Below, one piece after another: positions 25,078 to 35,908 of a DNA stretch of 64,000 nt. The position numbers were made by a program, and so were the translations under genes. The notes under the pieces are model-generated. The model searched no databases, had not been told where the DNA came from, and saw only the letters and a list, made by a program, of their open reading frames with translations. The stretch's first letter is position 1. Each line of letters begins with the position of its first letter. This stretch comes from Squalus acanthias (Eukaryota): contig CM059433.1 in NCBI GenBank assembly GCA_030390025.1, positions 4,154,001 through 4,218,000 on the forward strand, in the 5' to 3' direction.

Positions 25078-26451
25078 GGGGAGAATTTTCACATGAAAAA
25101 ACGGCTGGGTTGGAGGTGGCGGGGGCCGGGGGGATGTTAAAAGTTGTAAAAATCTAAAACCCGACCCTAACCCGCCTCCAGCCCGCCCACTTTCACCTTT
25201 TACTCAGGCGAGACGGGGGTGGGCCGCCAACCCACTGCCAGGAGGGATCTGGGTACAGAGGGATCTGGGTACAGAGGGATCTGGGGGTCCTCGTACATGA
25301 AACACAAAAAGTTAGCATGCAGGTACAGCAAGTAATTAGGAAGGCAAATGGAATATTGGCCTTTATTTCAAGGGAATGGAGTATAAAAGTAGGGAAGTCT
25401 TGCTACAACTGTACAGGATATTGGTGAGACCACACCTGGAGTACTGGGTACAGTTTTGGTCTCCTTATTTAAGGAGGGATATACTTGCATTGGAGGCAGT
25501 TCAGAGAAGGTTCACTCGGTTGATTCCTGAGTTGAAGGGGTTGTCTTATGAAGAAAGGTTGAGCAGGTTGGGCCTATACTCATTGGAGTTTAGAAGAATG
25601 AGAGATGATCTTATTGAAACATGTAAGATTCTGAAGGGGCTTGACAGGGTGGATCCAGAGAGGATGTTTCCCCTCGTGGGGGAATCTAGAACTAGGGGAC
25701 ATAGTTTCAGAATAAGGGGTCGCCCATTTAAAACGGAGATGAGGAGGAATTTCTTCTCTCAGAGGATCGTAAATCTTTGGAATTCTCTACCCTGGAGAGC
25801 TATGGAGGCTGAGTCATTGAATATATTTAAGGTGGAGATAGACAGATTTTTGAACGATAAGGGAGTCAAGGGTTATGGGGAACGGGCAGGAAAGTGGAGT
25901 TGATGCCAAGACCAGATCAGCCACGATCTTATTGAATGGCGGAGCAGGCTCGAGGGGCCAAATGGCCCACTCCGGCTCCTACGTCTCATGTTCTCATGTT
26001 CTTATAGGAGGCAGGTTGGCATTTTAAATATTATAATGAGGCCTGAAGCCTCTGCTTTAACCTGTTGTGCAGATATTACTGCAGGCGGCCGGGTATCCCA
26101 GGGCTCGGGATTCCTGGTAGCTGCTGCGAGGAGTGGGCCAGGAGGAGCAGGATGTTCATCCTCCCGGCCCCCCAAGCTCAGCCACCAGCAGCCCCCACCC
26201 CTCCCCCCGCCCCCTCCCCCGCCCCACCTCCGGGATCGAAGATCGATATCACCCTCCCGGGCTTGGAACCCCACCCCCGCCCCCACACCTCTCTGGTCCT
26301 GCGGCGCCCTGGTCAGCATTCCCGCCCGACTGGAAGCCGGCCCGTCGATCAGTCTGGCCTCCGGGCGGGGAACCTGCCGGTGACGTCAAACTCCACAGCG
26401 TGCGGGGAAGCCCGGAACTCCGGGCAGGTGGAAAACAACAAAATCCAGACC
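25078..26451. mobile_element. Harbinger-type MITE containing a CR1 insertion
   Basis: TIRs ggggagaatttt and ggtctggatttt (rc) with a TAT/TAT TSD. Shares the 'attataatatttaaa' core with 26584, 34812 and 43621. Confidence 0.75.
25246..26005 (+). mobile_element. 5'-truncated CR1
   Basis: ORF 25376..25903 is the CR1 ORF2 C-terminus. AGGAGG flanks both sides (25240 and 26006). Confidence 0.93.
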
Positions 26452-26583
26452 TATATTTTCCTGTTTGACTGAATACGTTAACCTGTGAAACGTGCAGCTG
26501 ACAGCGGCCATCGCTCTGGCGGACAGCCATTTTTGCAGCAGGCTGTTTCAAAACAAACTTTAAATGGGGTAGCTAAAGTTCAG

Positions 26584-26868
26584 GGGCTGAAATTCTGATC
26601 GCCCACTCCACTGACAGAAGTGGAAACCCAGCCGGCCGGTTAAAGCTAGAAGCGAGATCAAATATGAGGCACGCAGCCTCATTATAATATTTAAATGACC
26701 AACCCACCTCCTGGGAGCGGGTTGGTTGCCCCCCCCTCCCCCGTCCCACCTCCATTAAAGCTGGAAGTGAGCGGGTCTGAGGCGGGTTGGGTTCGGGTTT
26801 GAGATTTTTCAAATTTTAACATCCCGCCTGACCCAAACCCACCCATTTCTGGGGTTAAAATTACCACC
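26584..26868. mobile_element. Harbinger-type MITE (short)
   Basis: Ends ggggctgaaatt and aaaattaccacc. Core shared with 35690-35820. Confidence 0.6.
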
Positions 26869-26942
26869 ACCGTTTCAGGTCGATGGCCTTTCATCTGAAA
26901 TGAGTATTTTGCTTTAGTTCCATAATTAAGTTGGGTTCAGCT

Positions 26943-27410
26943 GTGTCGGCTGTGGCTCAGTGGGCAGCACACTCACCTCTGAGTCAGAAGGTCGTGGGTT
27001 CAAGTCCCACTCCAGGGACTTGAGCACATAAAGCTAGGCTGACACTCCAGTGCAGTGCTGAGGGAGTGCTGCACTGTCGGAGGTGCTGTCTTTCGGATGA
27101 GATGTTAAACCGAGGCCCCGTCTGCTCTCTCAGGTGGATGTATAAGATCCCATGGGCACTATTTTGAAGAAGAGCAGGGGAGTTATCCCCGGTGTCCTGG
27201 CCAATATTTATCCCTCAAACAACATAACAAAACAGATTATCTGGTCATTATCACGTTGCTGTTTGTGGGAGCTTGCTGTGCGCAAATTGGCTGCCGCATT
27301 TCCCACATTACAACAGTGACTGCACTTCAAAAAGTACTTCATTGGCTGTAAAGCGCTTTGAGATGTCCGGTGGTCGCGAAAGGCGCTGTAGAAATGCAAG
27401 TCTTTCTTCC
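26943..27410 (+). mobile_element. DeuSINE (SacSINE1-like)
   Basis: Full head, core and tail. Confidence 0.92.
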
Positions 27411-28430
27411 ATTAATGCTTGATTGTCTATTTATGCTGCTAGGTAATTTGACAACAATGGGACAATCGGAATTATACATACTCATTCGTGATTTTGACTA
27501 GCTGGGACCTTCCACAATGTGAAATTGAACTCCATGCAGATTAACAATGGCGAAAATACATTGCGAAACGTGTGGACTGAAAGGTCGTTCTGCTCACAGC
27601 CTGGTTTGTGAGGTGTATATATGGTGTCGATATCATTCAAATTTTGTAATGAATTATTAAATTCAGTTACAGACTTTCCCTATTAATTGGCATGTTGTTC
27701 ACTTCCTTATTTGAATCATTTGATCTTGTACAGTCTTGAATTAAAGAAAGGAAGTTCCATCCACCCATACATCATTTTCTGTCCAGTTCTGGATTTTGCA
27801 AATGATGGAGATTCTAATTCACTCCTGAGGTGCATCCACATCGGTCCTTTGAAAAGTTGTCACTCATTTGTTATTTTAGTCCTTCTCAGTCATGCAAGAT
27901 ATTCTGTATTCAACAACTACATACCATATTTCTTCTATTAATCTCTTTTCCTTGATTTGAACCTAAGACTTCAGCTTTGAAGAACAAGGCTCAGAGACTA
28001 CCAAACTACACCTCCCTAATCATGGAAGCCATTTAATTGTTCTCCAACAATACTGAGTGAGGTGAAAAAGACAATTGCCATGCTGATCATTAAAATATCT
28101 ATCCACTGTTCGTGTCTGAGATAAAAGAGGCAAACATTCAGGGTCACAGACTTTTCCCTAACCATTAAAAATGGAGATGCAATTCACATCAGGGTGACTG
28201 AGGTGGTCAGATTTTGGCCCCAGTTGGGTTGACATCCCTTTGTCGTCACAAGATGCTTCATCCAGCAGCCCAGTCAAGACTGACTGACTTCCCTCCTCCA
28301 ATAAAAACAAATCAATCAGGCAGGCCACAAACTCAAACTTGTTGTGTTATTGCCTAATCAGGAACCTGGTGCTTAAGCAAATGAGTTATTTGGCTGTAGG
28401 CGGCTATTCTCTTGTTGTGTCTGGATATGT

Positions 28431-28589
28431 AGATAGATAGATTATAGAGAGAGAGAGAGAGAGATAGAGAGAGAGCGAGAGCGAGAGAGGGAGATAGATA
28501 GAGAGAGAGAGAGAGAGAGCGAGAGTGAGAGAGGGAGATAGATAGAGAGAGAGAGAGAGAGATAGAGAGATAGAGAGAGATAGAGAGAG

Positions 28590-28642
<53 letters not shown>

Positions 28643-28699
28643 TACAGAGAGAGAGATAGAGAGAGAGAGAGAGACAGATAGATAGATAGATAGATAGAT
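28431..28699. repeat. Compound (AG)n/(GATA)n microsatellite
   Basis: Read directly from the sequence. Confidence 0.97.
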
Positions 28700-29044
28700 C
28701 AAAACATTTTTGTTTACGATCTTTATTTATGTTGATGAAAACCAACCAAATCTGCCAGAGTAAATTACTACAAGTAGTTACACAACCATATCTGTAGAAG
28801 CAGCAACTATGCCTTTGACCTACCTTCCAAAATAGTCCATCTATTTGCGGTCTACTGCCCCAGCAGTGTTGCCATGCTGAACATAAAAGCAAACTGATGG
28901 CAATTATAGTTGATGTATCTTAAATAGAAAAAAAATAATGTTGTATTCATAGCTTTCTATATTTAATCTAACTTTGCAGAAATACTTTGAATCTAATCTG
29001 CTGAGATGATATCAAATAACTGAGGACGCGACCTCAGGATCTAG

Positions 29045-29260
29045 ATCTGGAATGCCCTGCCTGAGAGGGTGGTGGAGGCGGATTCAATCGTGGATCTCGA
29101 AAGGGAATTGGACAAGTACCTGAAGGAAAAAAATTTGCAGGGCTATGGGGAACGGGCGAGGGGAGTGGGACTAGCCGAGGTGCTCTTGCAGAGAGCCGGC
29201 ACAGGCTCGACGGGCCTGAATGGCCTCCTTCTGTGCGCTGTAACCATTCTATGATTCCAT
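29045..29260 (+). mobile_element. CR1 3' end fragment
   Basis: WNALPERVVEADSI...ELDKYLKEKNLQGYG plus an (ATTCTATG) tail. Related to 54790 (antisense). Confidence 0.85.
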
Positions 29261-30188
29261 GAACCAAGGTAATCCAATGGGAATCATTTTTAACGTAATT
29301 TTGTTTAAATCTCATTCAATGGAATTCAGGTAGAGACTGAAAAACAGCACAGGAAAAATTACTCACCAGGATAAGAGAATAAACATGTAGTTTTAGTGAT
29401 AGGAATAATTTTGCTGAAATTGATCTCCCAAGCTGCTGCAGAACTCTGAGTCACTATTTAAATCCACACCATTTAGACCGTGTGCACATGAGTCATCCTC
29501 ATTAAATTCTGGGAGTCTGTGAACATCTGTGAAACCGTAAATTGAATTTTAACACCCTAAATGAACAGTGAATTAGATTCATTGTTCAGTGCGTGATAAG
29601 AATCTTTCATGTTTAATGAATTAGCAATTCCGACAGTACTGAAAGAGGGTATAAAAAAATTGTGACAGAATCATTGTTAAAAACAGACCCATAGTACAGA
29701 ATGCAATTCACAAATACCTTTAGGATTTAATGCTATAATTTTGCTCACTACTGAAATATAGCCTTGGGACTCAGTAAATAACAGTTGAAATAGATTGCTG
29801 AAGAAGTCATTTTTTTTAGCAATGCATTATTTTTTTTAGGTTATTGTTGAAAAAAAAGCATGAAAGATCTCACTAATCTGTTCTTTCTCAGTTCATAAAT
29901 GAATAAGACAATGTTAGGAGGTTATTTGAGAGTTGAATGGTGCCAGTGGATGTCTAGACTCACACATGGGCCCTGAATTTCTGACCCCTAGGATGTGTAC
30001 GAGGTGCGTACGCACCCGTAGGGGCCGTGCAAGTCCCGGCTTTAGGCGTGCGAAGCGCACACGCTGAAACCCGGAACTTGCGATCTGTCAAGAATTCTCT
30101 TGACGCGGAGATGCCGGTGTTGGACTGGGGTGGACAAAAATGAGAAGTCGCACAACACCAGGTTATAGTCCAACAGATTTATTTAAAA

Positions 30189-30226
30189 TTACGAGCTTTC
30201 GGAGCTGTTGCCCCTTCGTCAGGTAA
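30189..30226 (-). ncRNA. Minimal type I hammerhead ribozyme motif
   Basis: Reverse complement reads UUAC-CUGACGA-A-GGGGC-AACA-GCUCC-GAAA-GC-UC-GUAA: catalytic core, 5-bp stem II, 4-bp stem I and NUH = CUC. Confidence 0.7.
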
Positions 30227-30234
30227 AGGTACCT

Positions 30235-30271
30235 TCACCTGACGAAGGAGCAGAGCTCCGAAAGCTTGTAA
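30235..30271 (+). ncRNA. Minimal type I hammerhead ribozyme motif
   Basis: UCAC-CUGACGA-A-GGAGC-AGA-GCUCC-GAAA-GC-UU-GUAA. Stem I has one mismatch. Confidence 0.6.
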
Positions 30272-30997
30272 TTTTAAATAAATCTGTTGGACTATAACCT
30301 GGTGTTGTGCGACTTCTCAGGAATTCTCTTGACAGATCCAATGCATGCCCAGGAAAAGTGCCTCCGCGGGCGGAGAGTTGCGCTATTTGCTCAACTTTCG
30401 CCCGCTGAATGCCTGTGAAATTCTTACGCCTGGTAAAACCAGCATAAGGCCAGCTTTTACCAGCATAAGAGTTTAAAAAATAGAAAAATAAGATTGTATC
30501 ACACTTATAAATTAAAAAACCCATCCAATAAGGTAAGGTTAACATTAAATTTTTGTTTAACATATTTAATTAAATGCCATTTTAATTAATTTTATATATG
30601 TAATGGTTTTTATTTATTTATTTCAGTGTGTTGGTACATTTTTGTAGTCATCCCCATTCATACTTTTCACAGTTCTGTGCGTACGGACCTGTCAAAAGTA
30701 TGAATGGGGATTCCCTTCTTCCATTGGTTGGGCCGGACCATGTGATCCCGGGGACGATTGCGAACCGCCTGCGCCCCTGGGAATCCTGGGCCTCGGCGCA
30801 TTTCCAAGAGGAGAGGGCCAGGATCGGAAGCCTCGGGATCTCCGGGACCAGCAGGTAGGTTCGTAGAATTTTTTTCTGATCGGAGGCATCCGCCCGCAGG
30901 AAGCCTCCGATCGGAAATTGAGGGCCGTGAGGAATGGCTCTTTGGGTAAGTTGCTGGAGGGTGCAGCCTGTGGGACCACACTCCAGTATAAGTCACT

Positions 30998-31184
30998 GGG
31001 CTCGATCCTGACTTGGAGGCGATTGTGTAAAACGGGCGATGGCGAGTCGGCAGCCCGTTTGATATCGCTCCTGAATTTTATTTCCATTCAAGTCAATGGA
31101 AGTAAATACGGGGAGAGATATAAAACGGTCTGCCAACTCGCCATCGCCCGTTTTACACAATCGCCACCAAGTCAAGATCGACCC
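30998..31184. mobile_element. Fully palindromic (foldback) Harbinger-type MITE
   Basis: The arms pair over almost the whole 187 bp, with an ACT/ACT TSD. Confidence 0.85.
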
Positions 31185-31748
31185 ACTGTCTCCAGGAGAG
31201 GAGAGGAAAGGAGAACGTTTAAAAAGAGTATTTCCCTCAACTGGTTTTTCGATATACACCTGAATTCCATTAAAGGAATGGGAGAAGTGGCTTTTATTAG
31301 ATGAGAATAAAAAAAAATTAAATGAAAAATTATTCTCAGTGGTTTACCTCGGTTTGACTGCTCGCTCAGTTCTTGGACACCATCCTCATGAGATAAGTTA
31401 CAAGACTGAATGTGGAAGTTAGATTGAGATATTTCTGCTTGGAGCACAGGAGCAGTGCAATGCGGAGTGTCGGAGCTGGTCTCCTGGTGCACGGAGATAC
31501 CTGCACGGTATTTTCCAGGTCCTCTCATTTAAATAAATGATGCATGAATGGCAGCACTAATTGGGCCAGGAGTGGGGAAGCCGGGGCCTGAGGTCAGGAT
31601 ATCCATTGCAGCAGCTCAAAAGCGCTAAAGAAACGCCTGCACCACCTGTGCTGTTAAAGGGAACCACTTGTCATCCTTTCTTTCCCGGATTTTTGAAGGT
31701 GTCACCATGTCAAAGGTGAATTGTGAAAAATCTTCAGAAAGCTAATTT

Positions 31749-34725
31749 GTCAGGGGGATGGGAAAAAGGGCTGTAGTCCAGGAGCCAGTGGTGAGTGTAG
31801 GGAGGTACTGAGGAGGGTATCAAGGTCGCAGGAATGTACCGGCAGACAGGAAGATGGCTTGAAGTGTGTCTACTTCAATGCAAGGAGCATCCGGAATAAG
31901 GTCGGAGAACTTGGAGCGTGGATTGGTACTTGGGACTACGATGTGGTGGCCATTACGGAGACATGGTTAGAACAGGGACAGGAATGGTTGTTGGAAGTTC
32001 CGGGGTATAGATGTTTCAGTAAGAGTAGGGAAGTTGGTAAGAAAGGTGGAGGAGTAGCATTGTTAATCAAGGATAGTTTAACAGCGGCAGAAAGGCAGTT
32101 CGAGGGGGATCTGCCGTCTGAGGTAATATGGGCTGAAGTTAGAAATAGGAAAGGAGCGGTCACGTTGTTAGGAATTTTCTACAGGCCCCCAAATAGTAAT
32201 AAGATGTGGAGGAAGAAATTGCAAAGCAGATTATGAATAGGTGTGGAGGTCACAGAGTAGTTGTCATGGGTGACTTCAACTTTCCAAATATTGATTGGAA
32301 CCTTTATAGGTCAAACAGTTCGGATGGGATAGTTTTTGCACAGTGTGTGCAGGAGGGTTCCTGACACAATATGTGGATAGGCCGACAAGAGCTGGGGCCA
32401 CGTTGGATTTGGTACTGGGTAATGAACCGGGCCAAGTGTTTGATTTGTATGTGGGAGAGCACTTTGGAGATAGTGACCACAATTCGGTAACTTTCACTAT
32501 TGCAATGGAGAGGGATAGGGCCATACGGCAGGGCAGGGTTTATAATTGGGGGAGGGGTAATTATGATGCGATTAGGCAAGAATTAGGAGTATAAGATGGG
32601 AACAGAAACTATCAGGGAAAGGCACAAACGAAAAGTGGAGCTTTTTCATGGAGCAATTACTGCGTGTCCTTGATAGGTATGTCCCTGTCAGGCAGGGAGG
32701 AAATGGCCGAGTGAGAGAACCATGGTTCACAAAAGAGGTTGAATGTCTAGTCAAGAGGAAAAAGGAAGCGTATGTAAGGATGAGAAAACAAGGTTCAGTT
32801 GGGTCGATTGAGGGGTACAAGGTAGCAAGGAATGAGCTAAAAAAAGAGCTTAGGAGAGCTAGGAGGGGGCATGAGAAGTCCTTGGCGGGTCGGATCAAGA
32901 AAAACCCCAAGGCCTTTTACTCTTACGTGAGAAATAAAAGAATGACCAGGGTGAGGGTAGGGCCGGTCAAGGACAGTAGTGGGAACTTGTGCATGGAGTC
33001 AGAAGAAATAGGAGAGGTGATGAATGAATACTTTTCGTCAGTGTTCACCGAGGAGAGGGGCCATGTTCTTGAGGATGAGAGTGTGATAAAGGTGGATAGG
33101 CTGGAGGTGGTAGATGTTCTGAGGGAAGATGTTTTAGCAATTTTGAAGAACCTGAGGGTCGATAAGTCCCCTGGGCCAGATGGGATATATCCTAGGATTC
33201 TTTGGGAGGCAAGGGAGGAGATTGCAGAGCCTCTGGCTTTGATCTTTGGGTCCTCACTGTCCACGGGAATGGTGCCAGAGGACTGGAGAGTGGCGAATGT
33301 TGTTCCTCTCTTCAAGAAAGGAAATAGGAATGACCCTGGTAATTATAGGCCGGTTAGTCTTACTTCGGTGGTTGGTAAGATAATGGAAAAGGTCCTGAGG
33401 GATAGGATTTATGACCATTTGGAAAGGGGCAACTTAATCAGGGATAGTCAACACGGATTCGTGAAGGGTAAGTCTTGCCTAACAAATTTGATTGAATTCT
33501 TTGAGGAGGTAACTAAGTGTGTAGATGAAGGTAGAGCAGTTGATGTCGTATACATGGATTTTAGTAAGGCGTTTGATAAGGTTCCCCATGGTCGTCTCAT
33601 GACGAAAGTAAGGAGTTGTGGGATAGAGGGAAATTTGGCCGATTGGATAAGTAACTGGCTATCTCATAGAAGGCAGAGGGTGGTGGTGGATGGAACATTT
33701 TCGGACTGGAGACCAGTTACCAGCGGTGTGCCACAGGGGTCGGTGCTGGGTCCTCTGCTGTTTGTGATTTTTATCAATGACTTGGAGGAGGGGACTGAAG
33801 GGTGGATCAGTAAATTTGCTGATGACACCAAGATTGGTGGAGTAGTGGATGAGGTGGAGGGCAGTTGTAGGCTGCAAAGAGACATTGATAGGATGCAGAG
33901 CTGGGCCGAAAAATGGCAGATGGAATTTAACCCTGATAAGTGCGAGGTGATTCATTTTGGTAGGGCAAATTTGAATAAGGATTACAGGGTCAACGGCAGG
34001 GTTCTGAGGAACGTGGAGGAGCAGAGGGATCTGGGGGTTCATATCCACAGATCTCTGAAGGTTGCCACTCAAGTGGATAGAGCAGTAAAGAAGGCCTATG
34101 GTGTGTTGGCGTTTATTAACAGAGGGTTTGAGTTTAAGAACCGTGAGGTTATGCTGCAACTGTACAGGACCTTGGTGAGACCACATTTGGAATATTGTGT
34201 GCAGTTCTGGTCACCTCACTATAGGAAGGACGTGGAAGCATTGGAAAGAGTGCAAAGGAGATTTACCAGGATGCTGCCTGGTTTGGGGGGGAGGTCTTAT
34301 GAGGAAAGATTGAGGGAGTTGGGGCTTTTCTCTTTAGAGCGGAGGAGGATGAGAGGCGACTTAATAGAGGTTTATAAGATGATGAGGGGGATAGATAGAG
34401 TGGATGTTCAGAGACTATTTCCTCGGGTAGAGGCAGCTGTTACAAGGGGGCATAACTATAAGGTGCATGGGGGGAGATATAGAAGGGATGTCCGAGGTAG
34501 ATTCTTTACTCAGAGAGTGGTTGGGGTGTGGAATGGACTGCCTGCTGTGATAGTGGAGTCGGACACTTTAGGAACTTTCAAGCGGTTATTGGATAAGCAC
34601 ATGGAGCACACCAGAGTGATAGGGAGTGTGATAGCTTGATCTTGGTCTCGGACAATGCTCGGCACAACATCGAGGGCCGAAGGGCCTGTACTGTGCTGTA
34701 CTGTTCTATGTTTCTATGTTTCTAT
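31749..34725 (+). mobile_element. CR1 LINE covering a complete ORF2 span (APE + RT), with frameshifts in the APE/linker
   Basis: ORFs 31859..32236 (YFNARSIRNK, ITETW, YRPP), 32343..32594 (LDLV, SDHN) and 32648..34639. Ends in a (TTCTATGT)n tail. Confidence 0.96.
32648..34639 (+). CDS. CR1 ORF2 reverse transcriptase, uninterrupted 663-aa portion
   Basis: KSPGPDG, NYRPVSLTS, QHGF, DFSKAFD, GVPQGSVLGP, FADD and RPHLEYCVQFWSP. Confidence 0.8.
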   Translation: MEQLLRVLDRYVPVRQGGNGRVREPWFTKEVECLVKRKKEAYVRMRKQGSVGSIEGYKVARNELKKELRRARRGHEKSLAGRIKKNPKAFYSYVRNKRMTRVRVGPVKDSSGNLCMESEEIGEVMNEYFSSVFTEERGHVLEDESVIKVDRLEVVDVLREDVLAILKNLRVDKSPGPDGIYPRILWEAREEIAEPLALIFGSSLSTGMVPEDWRVANVVPLFKKGNRNDPGNYRPVSLTSVVGKIMEKVLRDRIYDHLERGNLIRDSQHGFVKGKSCLTNLIEFFEEVTKCVDEGRAVDVVYMDFSKAFDKVPHGRLMTKVRSCGIEGNLADWISNWLSHRRQRVVVDGTFSDWRPVTSGVPQGSVLGPLLFVIFINDLEEGTEGWISKFADDTKIGGVVDEVEGSCRLQRDIDRMQSWAEKWQMEFNPDKCEVIHFGRANLNKDYRVNGRVLRNVEEQRDLGVHIHRSLKVATQVDRAVKKAYGVLAFINRGFEFKNREVMLQLYRTLVRPHLEYCVQFWSPHYRKDVEALERVQRRFTRMLPGLGGRSYEERLRELGLFSLERRRMRGDLIEVYKMMRGIDRVDVQRLFPRVEAAVTRGHNYKVHGGRYRRDVRGRFFTQRVVGVWNGLPAVIVESDTLGTFKRLLDKHMEHTRVIGSVIA

Positions 34726-34811
34726 AAAGCCCTATTTTTGTTGTTCTTCATAAGCACACATCACCCTGACGGTAATTGTTTCAAAACATATCAATGGAGC
34801 ATTGACACATT

Positions 34812-35908
34812 GGCCGGGATTTTCTCCAGGGAAGGGGGTTGGGGGCGGGGCCTCCGAGGCGGGCGGGAAGCCTGGGAGGCCGACTTTAACGGCAGGGCCT
34901 GATTTGAATGCGAGGCCAGGGTTTCCCGCGCGCAGCCAGCCAGATTGGCAGGTAGGCCTCAGAAGCGAGGGGCCGGTCCGGGGGGGACGGGGGGTGGATC
35001 GCTGGAGGAGGATCGGCAGTTGGCAGGGGTCGGTGATCGGGAGTGGGGGGAGAGAGCATCGGCAGGGGTCGGGGATCGTGGGGCGGGGTCATCTAGGGAT
35101 CGCGGGGGAAGGGAGAACATCGGCAGGGGTCAGGGATCGTGGGGCGGGGTCGGCCGGGTATCGCGGAGGGGGGCGGAGAGCATCAGCAGGGGTCGGGGAT
35201 CGTGGGGTGGGGTCGGCCGGGGATCGCGGGGGGGGGCGGAGAGAGCATCAGCAGTGGTCGGGGATCGTGGGGCGGGGTCGGCCGGGGATCGTGGGGCGGG
35301 GTCGGCCGGGTATCGCGGGGGGGGGGGAGAGAGCATCAGCAGGGGTCGGGGATCGTGGGGTGGGGTCGGCCGGGGATCGCGGGGGGGGGGGGGGGAGAGA
35401 GCATCAGCAGTGGTCGGGGATCGTGGGGCGGGGTCGGCCGGGGATCGCGGGGCGGGGTTGGCCTCATCGTCATCGTTGGGAGGCCTGGGAAGGCGATCGG
35501 AGGCCTCGTGGGGGATCTCTGATCGCGGGGGGTGGTTGTGTTCGGGACCCTGGATCCAGGAGGTGGGTATAAAGCCACTTACCTCCTGGGTGCAGCAATC
35601 CCCGTCTCGGTTTAACTGCCGGGTTTCACGAACTCTGTAAAACCCGTCCACAGGCAGTTAAACACAAAATGGAAGGAAAAAAAGCGGCTTCCAGCCTCAT
35701 TATAATATTTAAATTGAGGTAACGCCCCCTGGCAGCGGGTTGGCTGCCCGCCCCTCGTCCCGCCTCCGGTAAAACCAGAAGTGGGCGGGTTGGAGGCGGG
35801 ATCAGGTCAGGAATCCCATTTTTAACAATTTAACTGCCCCGCCTCCCCCCCCCCCCCCCCTCCCCCCGCTCCAAACCCACCCTTTTTTTTTAGGAGAAAA
35901 TTGCAGCC
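34812..35908. mobile_element. Harbinger-type MITE with an internal G-rich tandem array
   Basis: TIRs ggccgggattttctcc and ggctgcaattttctcc (rc) with an ATT/ATT TSD. Confidence 0.85.
35030..35460 (+). repeat. G-rich compound minisatellite
   Basis: Alternating units 'ggggatcgtggggcggggtcggcc' and 'ggggatcgc(G)n-agagagcatcagcag'. Confidence 0.9.

Larger units (their letters stand above)
30105..30320. mobile_element. Penelope-like inverted terminal-repeat remnant
   Basis: 179-bp palindrome at 30141-30319 with a hammerhead core in each arm. 13-bp duplication GAATTCTCTTGAC at 30092 and 30321. Confidence 0.8.
29969..30926. mobile_element. Harbinger-type MITE hosting a Penelope-like insertion
   Basis: TIRs ggccctgaattt and ggccctcaattt (rc), flanked by ATG/GTG. 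The flanks rejoin as SINE-like 'ctcacacatgaggaatggc'. Confidence 0.75.

Noticed and set aside
28404..28892. Ser/Leu-rich ORFs
   Set aside because: They are translations of the (CT)n microsatellite.
34802..35651. Gly/Arg- and Pro-rich ORFs of 170-250 aa
   Set aside because: Stop-free G-rich tandem repeat inside a MITE, open in many frames. The same applies to 43741-44298.
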